From Nitrosopumilaceae archaeon (GTDB lineage Archaea; Thermoproteota; Nitrososphaeria; Nitrososphaerales; Nitrosopumilaceae), in NCBI GenBank assembly GCA_965214835.1, contig CBDCCK010000002.1:1056001-1120000 (forward strand): a stretch of 64,000 nt of DNA, in the 5' to 3' direction. Both the position numbers and the translations under genes were made by a program. Shown piece by piece: positions 21,669-33,267 of this stretch. The notes under the pieces were generated by a model, which worked only from the letters and a program-made list of their open reading frames with translations, was not told the DNA's origin and did not search any database. Position 1 is the first letter of the stretch. Each line of letters begins with the position of its first letter.

Positions 21669-23062
21669 CTTTTAGGCGTGATTTTTGAAAAACCGCTGAG
21701 GGTGAGATCAATCCTTCCCTCCATCCCCGACTTTGCATTCAGTCCTGTGATTGATACGACCTCCCCGATACTGCACTTGTCCACGAGCCTTGCCTGGTTT
21801 CTCCAGCCCTTGACCCATATCTGGCCACTGTCGTCCTCGACTAGCATTTCAGACAGGCTGACCGTCTCCCCGCTCCTGGTCTGAATGTCCCTGCGATCGG
21901 TCTTCTTGAGGATGACTGACTCTACGCACACGTTTCTTCCAACGGACACGTCTGAAATCTTGGTCCGCAGCGACTCGATTGTTGGAATGCCCGCATCCTC
22001 GTCCATCTTTCTCACAAAGGAGTCATTGTCCAGCCAGATCGAGTCTCCGTAGGCCTTTGACGGCATGCACTCTATGATGTCCCCCTCGCTGAACATCGAC
22101 GAGTTTTCAGACGAGTCCACAACATTGATGAAGCTCCCGTCCCTGTCGACCCCTAGAACCATATAGTCCCCCGACTCGCCTTTGGAGCTTGAGATTATCC
22201 TTGCCACTACTGGCCCCGGTTCCTTCTGATCATCGATCATGATTATTGTGGCGTCATTCCCGTGAATCTCTAGCCCCTGCGATCCCTGCTTTGCTCTTAC
22301 CCCGAATAATTTTACATTGGCCTTTGAGGAAATGATTTTGGGAATTGATGCCTCGTCCTTTCCCCACAGGACGACCCTGATTGAGCTGCCGTCGCTGCCC
22401 CTTAGTGACAGTTTCAGGGCCGTTCCCGGCCGGCCCCTCGAGTTTGTAAACTTCATTGGGGAGATCATTCCGTCCAGGGCCCCGGAGACGACGGCGTCGA
22501 CATCCCCCTCTTTTATGTCGCTTGAGTTCTTTGTTATAGAGTCAATCGTCGGAATATTGCTGTCGCTTTCGGTTGGCTCTACGGTGGAGCCTGATCCTAT
22601 GTTGATTGTCGGGGCCCCGTTCAGGTCGGATTTTACGTATGCCTTGATAATCTTTATCAGATCCCCGGGCTTGAGGCCCTCTATTCCCGGAAGATTTGCC
22701 TTTTCGTCCCACAGCTTTACGCTTGCCGTAGAGTCGCCGTCATATACCGTCATTGTCCTCAAAAGGAACGGAGAGCCGTCCTTTCTCGAATACTGCTTGG
22801 GCTCTGACAGGTTCAAAACCCTAGTCTCCAGCGACACCTCCTTTGCGCCTGCATAGAGATCCTTCAAGCCAATCTCCATCTTTGACGGCTCGCTCAGTGT
22901 AATTCCCAGGTCGGAGGCTATCAGAAATACCGCCCCCTGATCCGTCAGGTAGCCTGCGCCGATCTTGTCCTTCTTTTCCTGAATCATCCCCTGGATTTTT
23001 TCTCTAGTGAGATCGGGTCTTTGCTCCATTAGTTTTGACTGCAGCTCTTCTAGTGTAGACAA
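21665..23062 (-). CDS. rpa: Replication protein A (multi-OB-fold ssDNA-binding protein)
   Basis: N-terminal GYLTDQGAVFLIA cap and repeated OB folds. Confidence 0.82.
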   Translation of the reverse strand: MSTLEELQSKLMEQRPDLTREKIQGMIQEKKDKIGAGYLTDQGAVFLIASDLGITLSEPSKMEIGLKDLYAGAKEVSLETRVLNLSEPKQYSRKDGSPFLLRTMTVYDGDSTASVKLWDEKANLPGIEGLKPGDLIKIIKAYVKSDLNGAPTINIGSGSTVEPTESDSNIPTIDSITKNSSDIKEGDVDAVVSGALDGMISPMKFTNSRGRPGTALKLSLRGSDGSSIRVVLWGKDEASIPKIISSKANVKLFGVRAKQGSQGLEIHGNDATIIMIDDQKEPGPVVARIISSSKGESGDYMVLGVDRDGSFINVVDSSENSSMFSEGDIIECMPSKAYGDSIWLDNDSFVRKMDEDAGIPTIESLRTKISDVSVGRNVCVESVILKKTDRRDIQTRSGETVSLSEMLVEDDSGQIWVKGWRNQARLVDKCSIGEVVSITGLNAKSGMEGRIDLTLSGFSKITPKS

Positions 23063-23134
23063 CTAGTTTGCATAATATTACTGCATTAATAAAAATTTCA
23101 TTAGCTACATTAGTGGCCTGACTTGATCCCAGAC

Positions 23135-24070
23135 ATGCTGTGCATACGCGCCAAGTCGGTTTCAAAATCGTATGGCAACACGCTTGCCGTGGATGGCCTG
23201 GATCTGTCGGTTGAATCAGGACAGGTCTTTGGTTTTTTGGGGCCAAATGGCGCAGGCAAGTCCACTACCATCAAGCTGCTTACGACCCTGATCCGGCCCT
23301 CGTCGGGCTCGTTATATATACTTGGAACAGATGCGATCAAAAACCCCCTTCAGGCAAGATCGAGAATCGGCGTTGTACTGCAGCAGCCAAGCTACGAGCC
23401 AACCCTCTCGGTCGAAAAATCCCTCGACAAATACGGAATGATGTGGAACGTCCCCGCATCTGTCAGAAAAAAGCGGGTCGAGCGGCTCCTTTCTGACTTT
23501 GAGCTTGCACGAATCAGGAAAAAGAGAAACGAGGATCTCTCAATTGGCCAGCGCAGACGCGTCCAGGTGGCGCGTGAGTTCATGCATGACATGGACCTGC
23601 TCTTTCTCGACGAGCCCACCGTAGGACTCGATCCTTCCACCAGGAGAAGGCTGCTTGATTTTCTAAAAGACAGGGTAAAGTCGGGCCTGACCGTCTTTTA
23701 CACCACGCATGTGCTGACTGAGGCAGAGTATCTATGTGACAACATTGCAATAATCAATGAGGGAAGGCTGCTTACCATTGACACCCCAGAATCACTCAAG
23801 CGAGCCTATGGCCGTGAAAAAACCATCAAAATCAGAATCTCCAAGCCCCCCTCAGACATCGAGGGGATTAACAGGATTCCAAACTGCATATTTGATAAAA
23901 GACTCGGCCTGATCACAATCAACTCTGACATTTCCGAAAAAATCCTCTCAGACGTGCTTGGCATGCTGAGCAGGCAGCGGGTCGAAGTGGAGGATCTCTC
24001 CGTGGTTCCAACGAGCCTTGAGGAAATATTCCTAAGAATGGTGAATGGCAAGGATGCATCCGATAGTTAG
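23135..24070 (+). CDS. ABC transporter ATP-binding protein (DrrA-like)
   Basis: GPNGAGKS, LSIGQ, LDEPT. Confidence 0.93.
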   Translation: MLCIRAKSVSKSYGNTLAVDGLDLSVESGQVFGFLGPNGAGKSTTIKLLTTLIRPSSGSLYILGTDAIKNPLQARSRIGVVLQQPSYEPTLSVEKSLDKYGMMWNVPASVRKKRVERLLSDFELARIRKKRNEDLSIGQRRRVQVAREFMHDMDLLFLDEPTVGLDPSTRRRLLDFLKDRVKSGLTVFYTTHVLTEAEYLCDNIAIINEGRLLTIDTPESLKRAYGREKTIKIRISKPPSDIEGINRIPNCIFDKRLGLITINSDISEKILSDVLGMLSRQRVEVEDLSVVPTSLEEIFLRMVNGKDASDS

Positions 24071-24815
24071 GCTGGTAAACCGAAACCTTACCATTTCACT
24101 GCATCCGGGATTCTTAATCTGGCAGGTCATATTCCCGCTAATCTACATCTTTGTCGCAGGATTTGCCTATGCGTCCCTGATCGGCGACATCCCCCTTGGA
24201 GGCAAGAGCCTCAACTATCCCGCATTTTTGGCTACTGGGATGATTGGGTTCAATATCATGAACAGCACGCTGGTATCCGGGATTATCATCTGGAATGATC
24301 GCAGGCATGGGATGTTCGAGCAGATCATGGCCGGACCATTCACTCGAACGCACTATATAATCAGTAATATCTGCACAATCGGAATCGTCGGTCTTGTGAG
24401 TGCCGCGCTAATAGCGCTGGTTGGATTCCCGGTTTTTGCCGACTCGATGGATTTTGAGGCCTATACCATTCCACTGGTAATCTTTGCCTCAGTCGTCGGC
24501 TCCATACTGTTTGGCTCCACGGCCTCAATAATCTCAACCCGCTTAAAGTCCAGCGAGGGGTTCAATGTGACAATCAACACCGTCTTTTTGTTCTTTGCGT
24601 TTGTCAGTGCAGCATTTTATCCCGCATCCGGCGCCCCTGAACCCCTGGCGACTGCCTTCTACCTGAACCCCCTGACCTATCTGGTCGACGTTATCCGGGC
24701 AGGCATGTTTGGGGCGATTACCGAGTTTGTAGTGATGGAGATGGCCGTGCTGATAGCGCTTGCGCTGGGACTGTTTTTGCTTGCCACCAGACTCCTGACC
24801 CGCCTGGATTTTTGA
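24054..24815 (+). CDS. ABC-2 type permease
   Basis: About six TM segments, NPLTY motif, coupled to the ATPase gene. Confidence 0.9.
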   Translation: MHPIVRLVNRNLTISLHPGFLIWQVIFPLIYIFVAGFAYASLIGDIPLGGKSLNYPAFLATGMIGFNIMNSTLVSGIIIWNDRRHGMFEQIMAGPFTRTHYIISNICTIGIVGLVSAALIALVGFPVFADSMDFEAYTIPLVIFASVVGSILFGSTASIISTRLKSSEGFNVTINTVFLFFAFVSAAFYPASGAPEPLATAFYLNPLTYLVDVIRAGMFGAITEFVVMEMAVLIALALGLFLLATRLLTRLDF

Positions 24816-24823
24816 GAGTCAGG

Positions 24824-24896
24824 TAGCCCGGCCCAGATTCGAACTGGGGTCAAGGGCTCCAAAGGCCCCTATGCTTGACCTCTACACTACCGGGCT
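24824..24896 (-). tRNA. tRNA-Gln (TTG)
   Basis: AGCCCGG acceptor stem, GGGGC-CTTTGGA-GCCCT anticodon arm, TTCGAAT T-loop. Confidence 0.95.
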
Positions 24897-25006
24897 AACG
24901 GTATGGTGGGTCTTTTCTCCCTTAATGATATTTTCGTATGAGTAGCCTGCTGCACAGCCGTGCCTGAGCGCGTAAAAACGGCCTGATCCTCTGTGCCTAA
25001 AACCAG

Positions 25007-25848
25007 GGTTATGCATCCATGGTAAAACGCCCGCCAGTAACATGGCGACGTTCCTTTCGTCTTCTGATCCGTGCCTAGTCGGCCGGGCCGTGCTTTATAG
25101 CTAACGCTAGCAATACGCACGAGCCAGTCCTGTCGCACCTGCCAGGGTGCGGGCGGATCATTGGGTGGGTGGGTGGGGGATGGAAGGTGGCAATCCTATG
25201 CCGTTCCCGCCAGTTCTGTCACCCTCTTGATCTTCTTGTCGTACAGGGCAGCATTGCGCGATGAATACGCAGTCTTTGTCGTCAGCATGTGCCAGATTAT
25301 CCTGAGCATCTTGTTTGCAACATGCGTTATCGCTATGACGTGGTTGTTGCCGTTCCTTTTGCGGACCCTCTCGTAGAACTCCCTCATCCTGTCGTCGTGC
25401 TGTACGGCGACGTTGGCTATCTGGATCATCAGCCAGTTGATCCTGCGGTTTGCATCCTTTTTCATGTGGCCGTGGTACTCGCGTTCCCCCGACTGGTACA
25501 CCCGGGGACACATGCCGGCCCAGGACACAAGCTGGTTCGGCGATGGAAACCTGGTTATGTCGCCGATCTCTGCTATCAGCAGCATTGCTGCAAAGGTGTC
25601 TATTCCCGTCATGCTCAACAGCAGCTTGGCATCCTCGTTCGATCCTGCCTGTCTTCCTATGTCCTCCCCTGCTTGGTCTATCTCCTCTGTGACGTGTACA
25701 ATCCTCCTAGTGCAGCTTGCCAGTATCCTGTCATCGTTTGGCATGTTCAGCCTGGTATCGGAGATCTTCCGTATGGCCTTCTTGGAGTACATCGTGGATG
25801 CATCTATGGCTATATCGTACTTGTCAAGCCAAGCTGTGCAGCCCGTTT
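25007..25848 (-). mobile_element. IS110-family element, 5'-truncated copy
   Basis: Near-identical to 42869-43705; QSG motif and AEIGDITRF; cut by the ISH3 left end. Confidence 0.9.
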
Positions 25849-27264
25849 CAGTAGTTCCTCGATGTACTTTTGCAGGCACGATAATTACGCAATTTGCCGA
25901 GATTTTTTGACCATCATACTATAGATCAGGCGGTGTGCCAACCATCATCATGTCAGTAACACAAAACGACGTGTTTGCACACCAGTTTGACATAACATCG
26001 AGACAGTTTAAAACATTGCGACGGCGGTTTCCCAAGCTCGGGCTGGCCGTCTCAAAGAGTCGCAACGCAGTGTATGACCACATCGACGCACTGCGCGTTC
26101 TATATTTCATGTCTGAGAGGAGGATGTTTGCAGAATCTGCCGTGACGCACCTTCGCAGGCGGGCCTCAAAATGCAGCAGGCAGCAGCATGACGACGGGGC
26201 TGCCTCCAAGGGCGGCGCGTATAGTTGCCGTACGCCTAGTCCGGACTGGATCCTAAAGGCGATCCGGGGCGTCAGCCTGGATGATGCGCAAAAGTGGTGC
26301 AGCTCCATGCTGCAGCATACGGTAAGGTGCGCCCGCAGGTCAGGCATGCTGCACAACACGGACGTCGTGGCAGTGGACGTTACCGACGTGGAATACTATG
26401 GCAAGGGCCTGGAGGATATCGCCAGAAAGTCAAAGCCCAAGAACGGCACGTCGACGTTTCTCTCGCACATTACCATGCACGGAATAGGATCAGATGACGG
26501 GTCTGACCTCGTGCTTTCCTCGCTGCAGCTTCCAAAAGAGGCAAAACTGGCCGATTTCGTGCCTAAAATGATCCGCAAGGCGTCCAGATCAGGGATGAGG
26601 ATCAAGACGTTCCTGTATGACCGCGGGTTCTTTAACGTGGACTGCATGAGGGCTGCAGAAACAAGCACGGGCAGCTACATCATGCCTGCCGTCAAGAACA
26701 GGAGGATAGTGGCGGCAATAGAGGAGCATGACCGCGGAGAACGCGGTGCGGTATCAAAATATACAATGACCAACAAGGACGGCAAGAGCGCCACATTCAG
26801 GCTAGTCATTGTGGAAAAGGACGAGGTAGAAAAGGACGGCACGGCAGCAGCAAAGAAGGACAAGGCAGAAGAGACCATAGCCGACAGGTATCTGGTCTTT
26901 GCCACCAACATGTCTGCTAAAAGTGCAGAGGCAGTCATTGAGCAGATACCGGAGGAGTACCGCAGTCGGTGGGGAATCGAGACCGGGTTCAGGGTGATCA
27001 AGGGGATAATGGGCAAGACGTGCAGCAATTCCCCGGTCGTCAGGCTGCTGCTGTTCTATATGTCTGTCATACTGTACAACCTGTGGAGGACTGCCGTGTT
27101 CATAGACGTGGAATCCAAGTGGGACGGATTTGCAGGAGGGAAGGGGTTTACCATGATGCTGTTTGTCGCGTGCATTGTCGATGCGGCCGACTCGTTTGTA
27201 AACGATCGCGGAAAGTAGCGGAGGTGCCGTGTCGGGTCTGCAAAAGTACATCTAGGAAGTACTG
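25849..27264 (+). mobile_element. ISH3/IS4-family element (transposase 25935-27218)
   Basis: 27-bp IRs CAGTAGTTCCTCGATGTACTTTTGCAG; DRGFF and YRSRWGIETGFR motifs; no TSD. Confidence 0.9.
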
Positions 27265-27422
27265 AAGTACAGAAACAGGCTCAGAAAGTACGATCTGGCC
27301 AACAGTATCGTGTGCGGGCTGGTCAACCTGAGGATACTGGAACGGATAGCCGCTGTGGCCTGAAAAACACGGCAGAAAACAACTGCAACCTGCCACTCGT
27401 AATTTAATTACGGATTGCTTCT
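27265..27422 (+). mobile_element. 3' terminal fragment of the IS5-family element at 54069-55151
   Basis: Matches 54994-55151 including the right IR. Confidence 0.9.
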
Positions 27423-27455
27423 CAGGAAAAGGGGACGTGGCCCTGTACATGTCTT

Positions 27456-28484
27456 TTATTTCAAGAGCTCCATCGTCTTGACTAGTACCGGGTATGGATC
27501 CTTCATCTGCCTTGTCAACTCTCTTGATTTTCTCAAATAGGCTCCTTTGTCGTCCATTAGGATTTTGTTTGCAAGCCTTGCAATCTTCACTGGATTCTCC
27601 TCCCTGCTGACGACCTTCTTTTTTATCAGATACTCCTCCACCAAATTCGGCACCGCGTTGTACGATATGGTCGGTACTCCCAAGAGGGCCGACTCTGCAG
27701 TCATGGTTCCCCCGGAGCCTACAAACAGGTCGGAGTTCATCAGCAAAGCCTTTCCATCGTATGATTTTACAAGAACCTTTATCCTGTCTCCGAACCGCCT
27801 TTTGATTTTCTTGATCTGCTCCGAGTATCTTCCCAATACTACAATCTCGGCGTCTGTGTTTTTAGACATGCTCTCGATGATCGAGTACGAGGGGCTTTTT
27901 TTGGAGATGTATGCCGCCTCCTCTTCCTCCATTCTGACCAGTACTGTCTTTTTATTCCCGGCAAACGGATTTTTTTGTTTTTTGGGGACAGAACGCCTTG
28001 CAGTTACAAACGCATCGATCGCGTTATATCTTACAATGTTTTTCTCCCGTATGCCAAACTGTACAAACTCTGACTTTGGTATTATCGACGGAATAAGCAG
28101 CTTTTGTACCAGCGGGGTGCAAAGCTTCATTGCTGCCGTTGCGTGCGGCGAGTCTGTAAATCCTATGTGCTTTATGCCCATCCCGTATGAGATCCTTGCC
28201 GCCTCCGGAGAGCAGAAGCTGATGGTAAGGTCTGGCCTTTCCTTCTCAACGAGCAGCTGAAGGCCCTTCATTCTCTGTATGCTGGCTCTTAACTTTGCCC
28301 CCGTGTCCTTTCCGCCGTGCTTGCCTACGAGCCTTAGCTTAAACTGCCTCATTTTTGCCAAGCTTGACAGTTCCCTGTATCTTCTAGCTGTACATACAAC
28401 GGCACGCCTCTTTTGCAGCTTTTCAGCCATCGGTTCAAAAAACAACAACTGCTTGGGGGTTAGAATATCTATCCAAATTTTCAA
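27456..28484 (-). CDS. DUF354-family protein (GT-B-like)
   Basis: MKIWIDILTPKQ, GKHGG, GGTMTAESALLG. Confidence 0.88.
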   Translation of the reverse strand: MKIWIDILTPKQLLFFEPMAEKLQKRRAVVCTARRYRELSSLAKMRQFKLRLVGKHGGKDTGAKLRASIQRMKGLQLLVEKERPDLTISFCSPEAARISYGMGIKHIGFTDSPHATAAMKLCTPLVQKLLIPSIIPKSEFVQFGIREKNIVRYNAIDAFVTARRSVPKKQKNPFAGNKKTVLVRMEEEEAAYISKKSPSYSIIESMSKNTDAEIVVLGRYSEQIKKIKRRFGDRIKVLVKSYDGKALLMNSDLFVGSGGTMTAESALLGVPTISYNAVPNLVEEYLIKKKVVSREENPVKIARLANKILMDDKGAYLRKSRELTRQMKDPYPVLVKTMELLK

Positions 28485-28547
28485 CTAAAACCTGCTTGAA
28501 AACCAAGTTCAATAAGTTTTTCTTACTCCCCTTTCCAACTATCTGCT

Positions 28548-29681
28548 ATGAGGAGCAAAGTGGCAGTCTACGGGCTCAGCACCGAGGGTTATTCCCTGGC
28601 ATGCCAAATGGCCATAAAGGGAGCCGACGTGTCCTTGATTGACGAGTCCACCCCCTCTGCAATCTCGATAAATGCCGAGGTCGCCAGAACATACCCCAAC
28701 ATACCTGCCTTCAAAGAAGACGAACCGCTGCTTCCACTAGAGCCCATTGATGTCGCGATTTCAAAGGTCCAGTACCTGTTTTTTACCCCACGGATACGAA
28801 AGATCGGCCAGGATACAAAAACCGAGGTTCATTCAAAGTTTAAAAACGCCTCCCAATCAATGAAGAAAAACAGCTCCGTTGTATACAACATACCTACTGG
28901 CTTTGGCGAGAACAATGAAAACATCTCCCTGCTGGAGCACGTTACCGGATTCGAGGTCGGAAAATCAATCAACTACTTTTACTATCCCATCTCAGCAATA
29001 AACTCCCCAAAAATCATTGGCTCCTTTGATGGAAAACCCGACGCCAGGCTGTCTGAACTGCTGACTGTCGGAAAAAAGAAGAAGAAATTCGCCAACCTGC
29101 CCGCCTCGGAGCATTTCCACGCCATTGACGTGCTAACGCAGTTTTCTAGCATGTGCAGCATTCTTGAAGTGTGCAAGTTTGCCCAAGATGAGGTTGCCAA
29201 AGAGGATCTGGTACTAGACGAGTTTACCAACATCTTTCTTGATGACATGATAAACGGAATGTACGATTTAAAATCACTGGGCTCGTCATTTGAGGGCGCA
29301 AACACTCTGACGTATCTGATTAATGGCAGTATGAGAGGAATTGACAGCTATGTTAAAAGACTGATCGACGAGATTCGCGGGATCCTTAAGAAACACGATC
29401 TCAAAGCCAGCAGAACAAAAATTGCCTTATCATGGACGCTAGATCAGTATGAAATGCGTGGAGACAAAATCGAGATGCTACAGGCGCTGACTACCAAGCT
29501 GCGTGATTACATTACCGATGTGGAGGCATACGAAGATCCGACGCTGGATCTTTTCCATAATGACAAAGCCATGGTTGTGGTCTCCTGCTCAAAAAAGGAC
29601 TATGAAGACATGTCTAAAAGCAGCAAACACAACGAACTAATCATCGTCAAAGCAAATCCGCTGTGCGAGACCATGCAATAA
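28548..29681 (+). CDS. Hypothetical protein with degenerate nucleotide-sugar dehydrogenase-like N-terminus
   Basis: KVAVYGLSTEGY..A..MA..G.DV..ID Rossmann-like start; long ORF in operon position. Confidence 0.6.
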   Translation: MRSKVAVYGLSTEGYSLACQMAIKGADVSLIDESTPSAISINAEVARTYPNIPAFKEDEPLLPLEPIDVAISKVQYLFFTPRIRKIGQDTKTEVHSKFKNASQSMKKNSSVVYNIPTGFGENNENISLLEHVTGFEVGKSINYFYYPISAINSPKIIGSFDGKPDARLSELLTVGKKKKKFANLPASEHFHAIDVLTQFSSMCSILEVCKFAQDEVAKEDLVLDEFTNIFLDDMINGMYDLKSLGSSFEGANTLTYLINGSMRGIDSYVKRLIDEIRGILKKHDLKASRTKIALSWTLDQYEMRGDKIEMLQALTTKLRDYITDVEAYEDPTLDLFHNDKAMVVVSCSKKDYEDMSKSSKHNELIIVKANPLCETMQ

Positions 29682-29714
29682 GAATAAATTTAGAAAATCC
29701 ATCAAAACCTTACG

Positions 29715-30263
29715 TTGACTGAAGAAACTGAGGACGTGGAATCAAGAGTCCCCGTAGAGCTTGCCGATGAGAAGCCTGATGGCCAATTTTCAGATCTCTC
29801 AAAGGAGGAGCTGCTTGACTTGACTTCTCAGCAAAATGCAAGGCTGCAAGACTATGAGGAAAAGCTAAAGCGCTCTCTGGCTGATTTTGCCAACCTGCAG
29901 AAAAAAACCGCCGCTGACATTGAAAACGGCACGAACAATCAGGTCGACAAATGCTTCCTGGATTTTTTACAGATTTATGATGATTTTATCCGCGCAAAGG
30001 ACGCATATGCGTCCGCTAATGTTGATACGGCCGGGCTAGAGTCAATCCTCAGAAACATGGACTCGTTTTTGACGAAATACCATGTCACGGCAATCGACGC
30101 ACTGGGGGAGATTTTTGATCCTCACCTTCATGAGGCAATTTCCCTCGTTTCCGATTCGGAATTAGATGATAATACCATAACGAAGGTAATCAGGAAAGGA
30201 TATATTTCTCATAATAGAGTTATAAGACCAGCGTTAGTCGAAATATCAAAAAAGGATGGGTAA
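29715..30263 (+). CDS. grpE: Nucleotide exchange factor GrpE
   Basis: ADFANL, FDPHLHEA, KGY..VIRPALV. Confidence 0.95.
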   Translation: MTEETEDVESRVPVELADEKPDGQFSDLSKEELLDLTSQQNARLQDYEEKLKRSLADFANLQKKTAADIENGTNNQVDKCFLDFLQIYDDFIRAKDAYASANVDTAGLESILRNMDSFLTKYHVTAIDALGEIFDPHLHEAISLVSDSELDDNTITKVIRKGYISHNRVIRPALVEISKKDG

Positions 30264-30269
30264 TGAAAC

Positions 30270-32150
30270 ATGGCAAAAGTTATAGGTATTGATCTGGGCA
30301 CGAGCAACTCTGCGGCAGCAGTCATGATGGGCGGAAAGCCGACTATCATCCCTGCAGCAGAGGGCGCCACGGTCGGCGGAAAGGCATTTCCCTCCGTGGT
30401 TGCATTTTCCAAGGAGGGTGATCTTCTAGTCGGGGAGCCTGCCCGGAGACAGGCCGTCACGAATCCTGAAAATACGATCGTCGCAGCCAAAAGGAAGATG
30501 GGAAGCGATTTCTTGTTTAAAATTCAAGGCAAGGACTACAAGCCACAGCAGATATCTGCATTTATCCTGCAAAAGATCAAAAAGGACGCCGAGGCCTTCA
30601 CCGGCGACAAAGTGGAAAAGGCCGTAATCACGGTTCCCGCATATTTTGATGACAACCAGAGACAGGCAACCAAGGATGCCGGCACCATTGCCGGCCTTGA
30701 TGTTGTCAGAATAATCAACGAGCCGACGGCCGCTTCACTGGCCTTTGGACTAGACAAGACAAAGCAGGACATGAAAATCCTTGTTTTTGACTTCGGCGGC
30801 GGCACGCTGGATGTCACCATAATGGAGATGGGCGGGGGTGTCTTTGAGGTAATGAGCACCTCAGGCGACACCCAGCTGGGGGGAACCGACATGGACAAGG
30901 CGCTAATCGACTATGTTGTTGATGAGTTCAAAAAGAAGGAGGGAACCGACCTCTCCCAGGATTCGACTGCCATGACAAGGGTCAGGGAGGCAGCTGAAAA
31001 GGCAAAGATTGAGCTGTCCACCGTCATGGAGACTGACATCAATCTGCCCTTTGTCGCCCATGATCCGTCAAGCGGCCCGAAAAACCTTGAGCTAAGATTG
31101 TCAAGGGCAAAGCTGGAGGACTTGATCAAGCCCGTCGTTGACCGCTGCAAGTCCTCGATCGACAAAGCCCTGGAGGATGCAAAACTGACTCCCTCTGATA
31201 TCACTAAGACCGTTCTTGTCGGAGGGCCGACGAGGATCCCACTGGTGAAAAAATTCGTAAGCGATGCGCTCGGAAGGGAGGCAGAGTCCGGCGTGGATCC
31301 CATGGAGGCCGTGGCCATGGGAGCTGCCATTCAGGCCGGAATCATTGCCGGCGATGTTGAGAGCGACATCGTCCTTTTGGACGTGACCCCGCTGACGCTG
31401 GGAATAGAGACGCTTGGAGGAGTGCGCGAGCCGCTAATTGAGAGGAACACGACAATACCCACCTCCAAAAGCAAGACATTCACCACTGCCGCCGACAACC
31501 AGACGGCCGTAACCATCCACGTAGTTCAGGGCGAGCGGCCGATGGCAACTGACAACGTCTCGCTGGGCAGCTTTAACCTGACTGACATCCCGCCTGCCCC
31601 ACGCGGCGTTCCCCAGATTGAGGTAAAGTTTGACATTGACGCCAATGGCATAATCAATGTCACGGCAAAGGATCTTGGTACGCAAAAGGAGGCAAAGATT
31701 ACCATCGAATCCAACTCCAAGCTGTCCCCTGACGAGATTGAAAAGCTAAAGGAGGATGCCGAAAAGTTTGCCGACGAGGACAAAAAGAAGAAAGAGTCCA
31801 TCGAGCTCAAGAACGAGGCCGAAAGCTACCTGTATACAACCGAGAAGCTAATCAGCCATGACCTAAAGGACAAGATCTCCCAGGAGCAGGGCATCAAGAT
31901 TTCTGATGCGATAAAGGAGGTCAGAGAGGTCTTGGACAAGGGTGCAGACGAGCTCAAGCCAAAGCTAGAGTCACTAAAGGCACTGGTAAACGAGGTTACG
32001 ACTGAACTGTACAAAAACATGACGCCTCCCCCCGGAGCAGAACAGGGTTCCGGTGAGCAGGCCGGCCAACAGGCCAATCAGCAGGCCGGCCAGGAGGGCG
32101 CTCAGCAGTCAGAATCCCAGTCTGATGATTCTACCAACAAAGCAAATTAA
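30270..32150 (+). CDS. dnaK: Chaperone DnaK
   Basis: [21 protein letters not shown]. Confidence 0.98.
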   Translation: MAKVIGIDLGTSNSAAAVMMGGKPTIIPAAEGATVGGKAFPSVVAFSKEGDLLVGEPARRQAVTNPENTIVAAKRKMGSDFLFKIQGKDYKPQQISAFILQKIKKDAEAFTGDKVEKAVITVPAYFDDNQRQATKDAGTIAGLDVVRIINEPTAASLAFGLDKTKQDMKILVFDFGGGTLDVTIMEMGGGVFEVMSTSGDTQLGGTDMDKALIDYVVDEFKKKEGTDLSQDSTAMTRVREAAEKAKIELSTVMETDINLPFVAHDPSSGPKNLELRLSRAKLEDLIKPVVDRCKSSIDKALEDAKLTPSDITKTVLVGGPTRIPLVKKFVSDALGREAESGVDPMEAVAMGAAIQAGIIAGDVESDIVLLDVTPLTLGIETLGGVREPLIERNTTIPTSKSKTFTTAADNQTAVTIHVVQGERPMATDNVSLGSFNLTDIPPAPRGVPQIEVKFDIDANGIINVTAKDLGTQKEAKITIESNSKLSPDEIEKLKEDAEKFADEDKKKKESIELKNEAESYLYTTEKLISHDLKDKISQEQGIKISDAIKEVREVLDKGADELKPKLESLKALVNEVTTELYKNMTPPPGAEQGSGEQAGQQANQQAGQEGAQQSESQSDDSTNKAN

Positions 32151-32175
32151 GGATAGCCCCCGCCTTTAAGCAGAA

Positions 32176-33261
32176 ATGAGCTCCAAACGCGATTACTACG
32201 AGGTCTTGGGGGTTGACAAGTCCGCATCTGTGGGCAACATCAAGGCGCAGTACAGGAAGCTGGCGCTAAAGTTTCACCCGGACAGAAACAAGTCCAAGGA
32301 GGCAGCTGAGCACTTTAAGGAGATCTCCGAGGCCTATGCCGTCCTGTCCGACCAGCAAAAGCGCCAGACCTATGATCAGTATGGACACCAGGGCATAGAC
32401 GGTCAGTACAGCCAGCAGGATATCTTCCGGGGCGCGAACTTTAACTTTAACGACCTGTTCGGAGGTTCAGGCGGGGGATTTGACTCTATTTTTGAAAACC
32501 TGTTTGGCGGGGAGAGGGGGTTTGGCGGCTATGGCAGGCAGCGCGGTTCTGACCTGCTTTATGAGACCCAGATCACCCTAGAGGAGGTCCTGCACGGAAA
32601 AAAACTGGAAATCGACATGAAAAAGGAGATTCCGTGCGAGACCTGCAGCGGCAAAGGCTGCAAGCCTGGAACCTCCAAGACCAGATGCACGTCATGCAAC
32701 GGGCAGGGACAGGTCAGGCAACAGCGCAGAATGGGGTTTGCATCATTTGTTACGGTTGTACCGTGCAACTCGTGCCGCGGGCAGGGGATGATGATCACTG
32801 ATCCCTGCGCCTCCTGCAAGGGAAGGGGCAAGACCAGGGGAAACAAGCACCTTGGCTTTGAAATTCCCCCCGGCACCCAGACCGGTGACTACACCATTCC
32901 CGGCGAGGGCGAGTATGTGCCTGATGGCGTGAGCGGGGATCTTGTGGTCAGGGTCAGGGTGCTGCCTCATTCGAAGTTCAGGCATGACGGTGTTGACCTG
33001 TTCTATGATCAGGACATAACAATCGTTGATGCTGCACTGGGGATAGAGGCGCTTGTCCCCACACTGGACGGAAGCGAGAAGATCAGGGTCGAGGAGGGAA
33101 CCCAGCCCAACTCCATCAGGAAGCTAAAAGGCAAGGGGCTGCCCTATCCGAATTCCGGCAGAAGGGGGGATCTTTTTGTCAGATTTGTCGTGCATGTGCC
33201 TGAAAAACTAGGCAAGGATCAAAAGAAGATTTTACGGGAATTTGAGCAGACACTTGGCTGA
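32176..33261 (+). CDS. dnaJ: Chaperone DnaJ
   Basis: HPD motif, G/F region, four CxxCxGxG repeats. Confidence 0.97.
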   Translation: MSSKRDYYEVLGVDKSASVGNIKAQYRKLALKFHPDRNKSKEAAEHFKEISEAYAVLSDQQKRQTYDQYGHQGIDGQYSQQDIFRGANFNFNDLFGGSGGGFDSIFENLFGGERGFGGYGRQRGSDLLYETQITLEEVLHGKKLEIDMKKEIPCETCSGKGCKPGTSKTRCTSCNGQGQVRQQRRMGFASFVTVVPCNSCRGQGMMITDPCASCKGRGKTRGNKHLGFEIPPGTQTGDYTIPGEGEYVPDGVSGDLVVRVRVLPHSKFRHDGVDLFYDQDITIVDAALGIEALVPTLDGSEKIRVEEGTQPNSIRKLKGKGLPYPNSGRRGDLFVRFVVHVPEKLGKDQKKILREFEQTLG

Positions 33262-33267
33262 TTTTCC

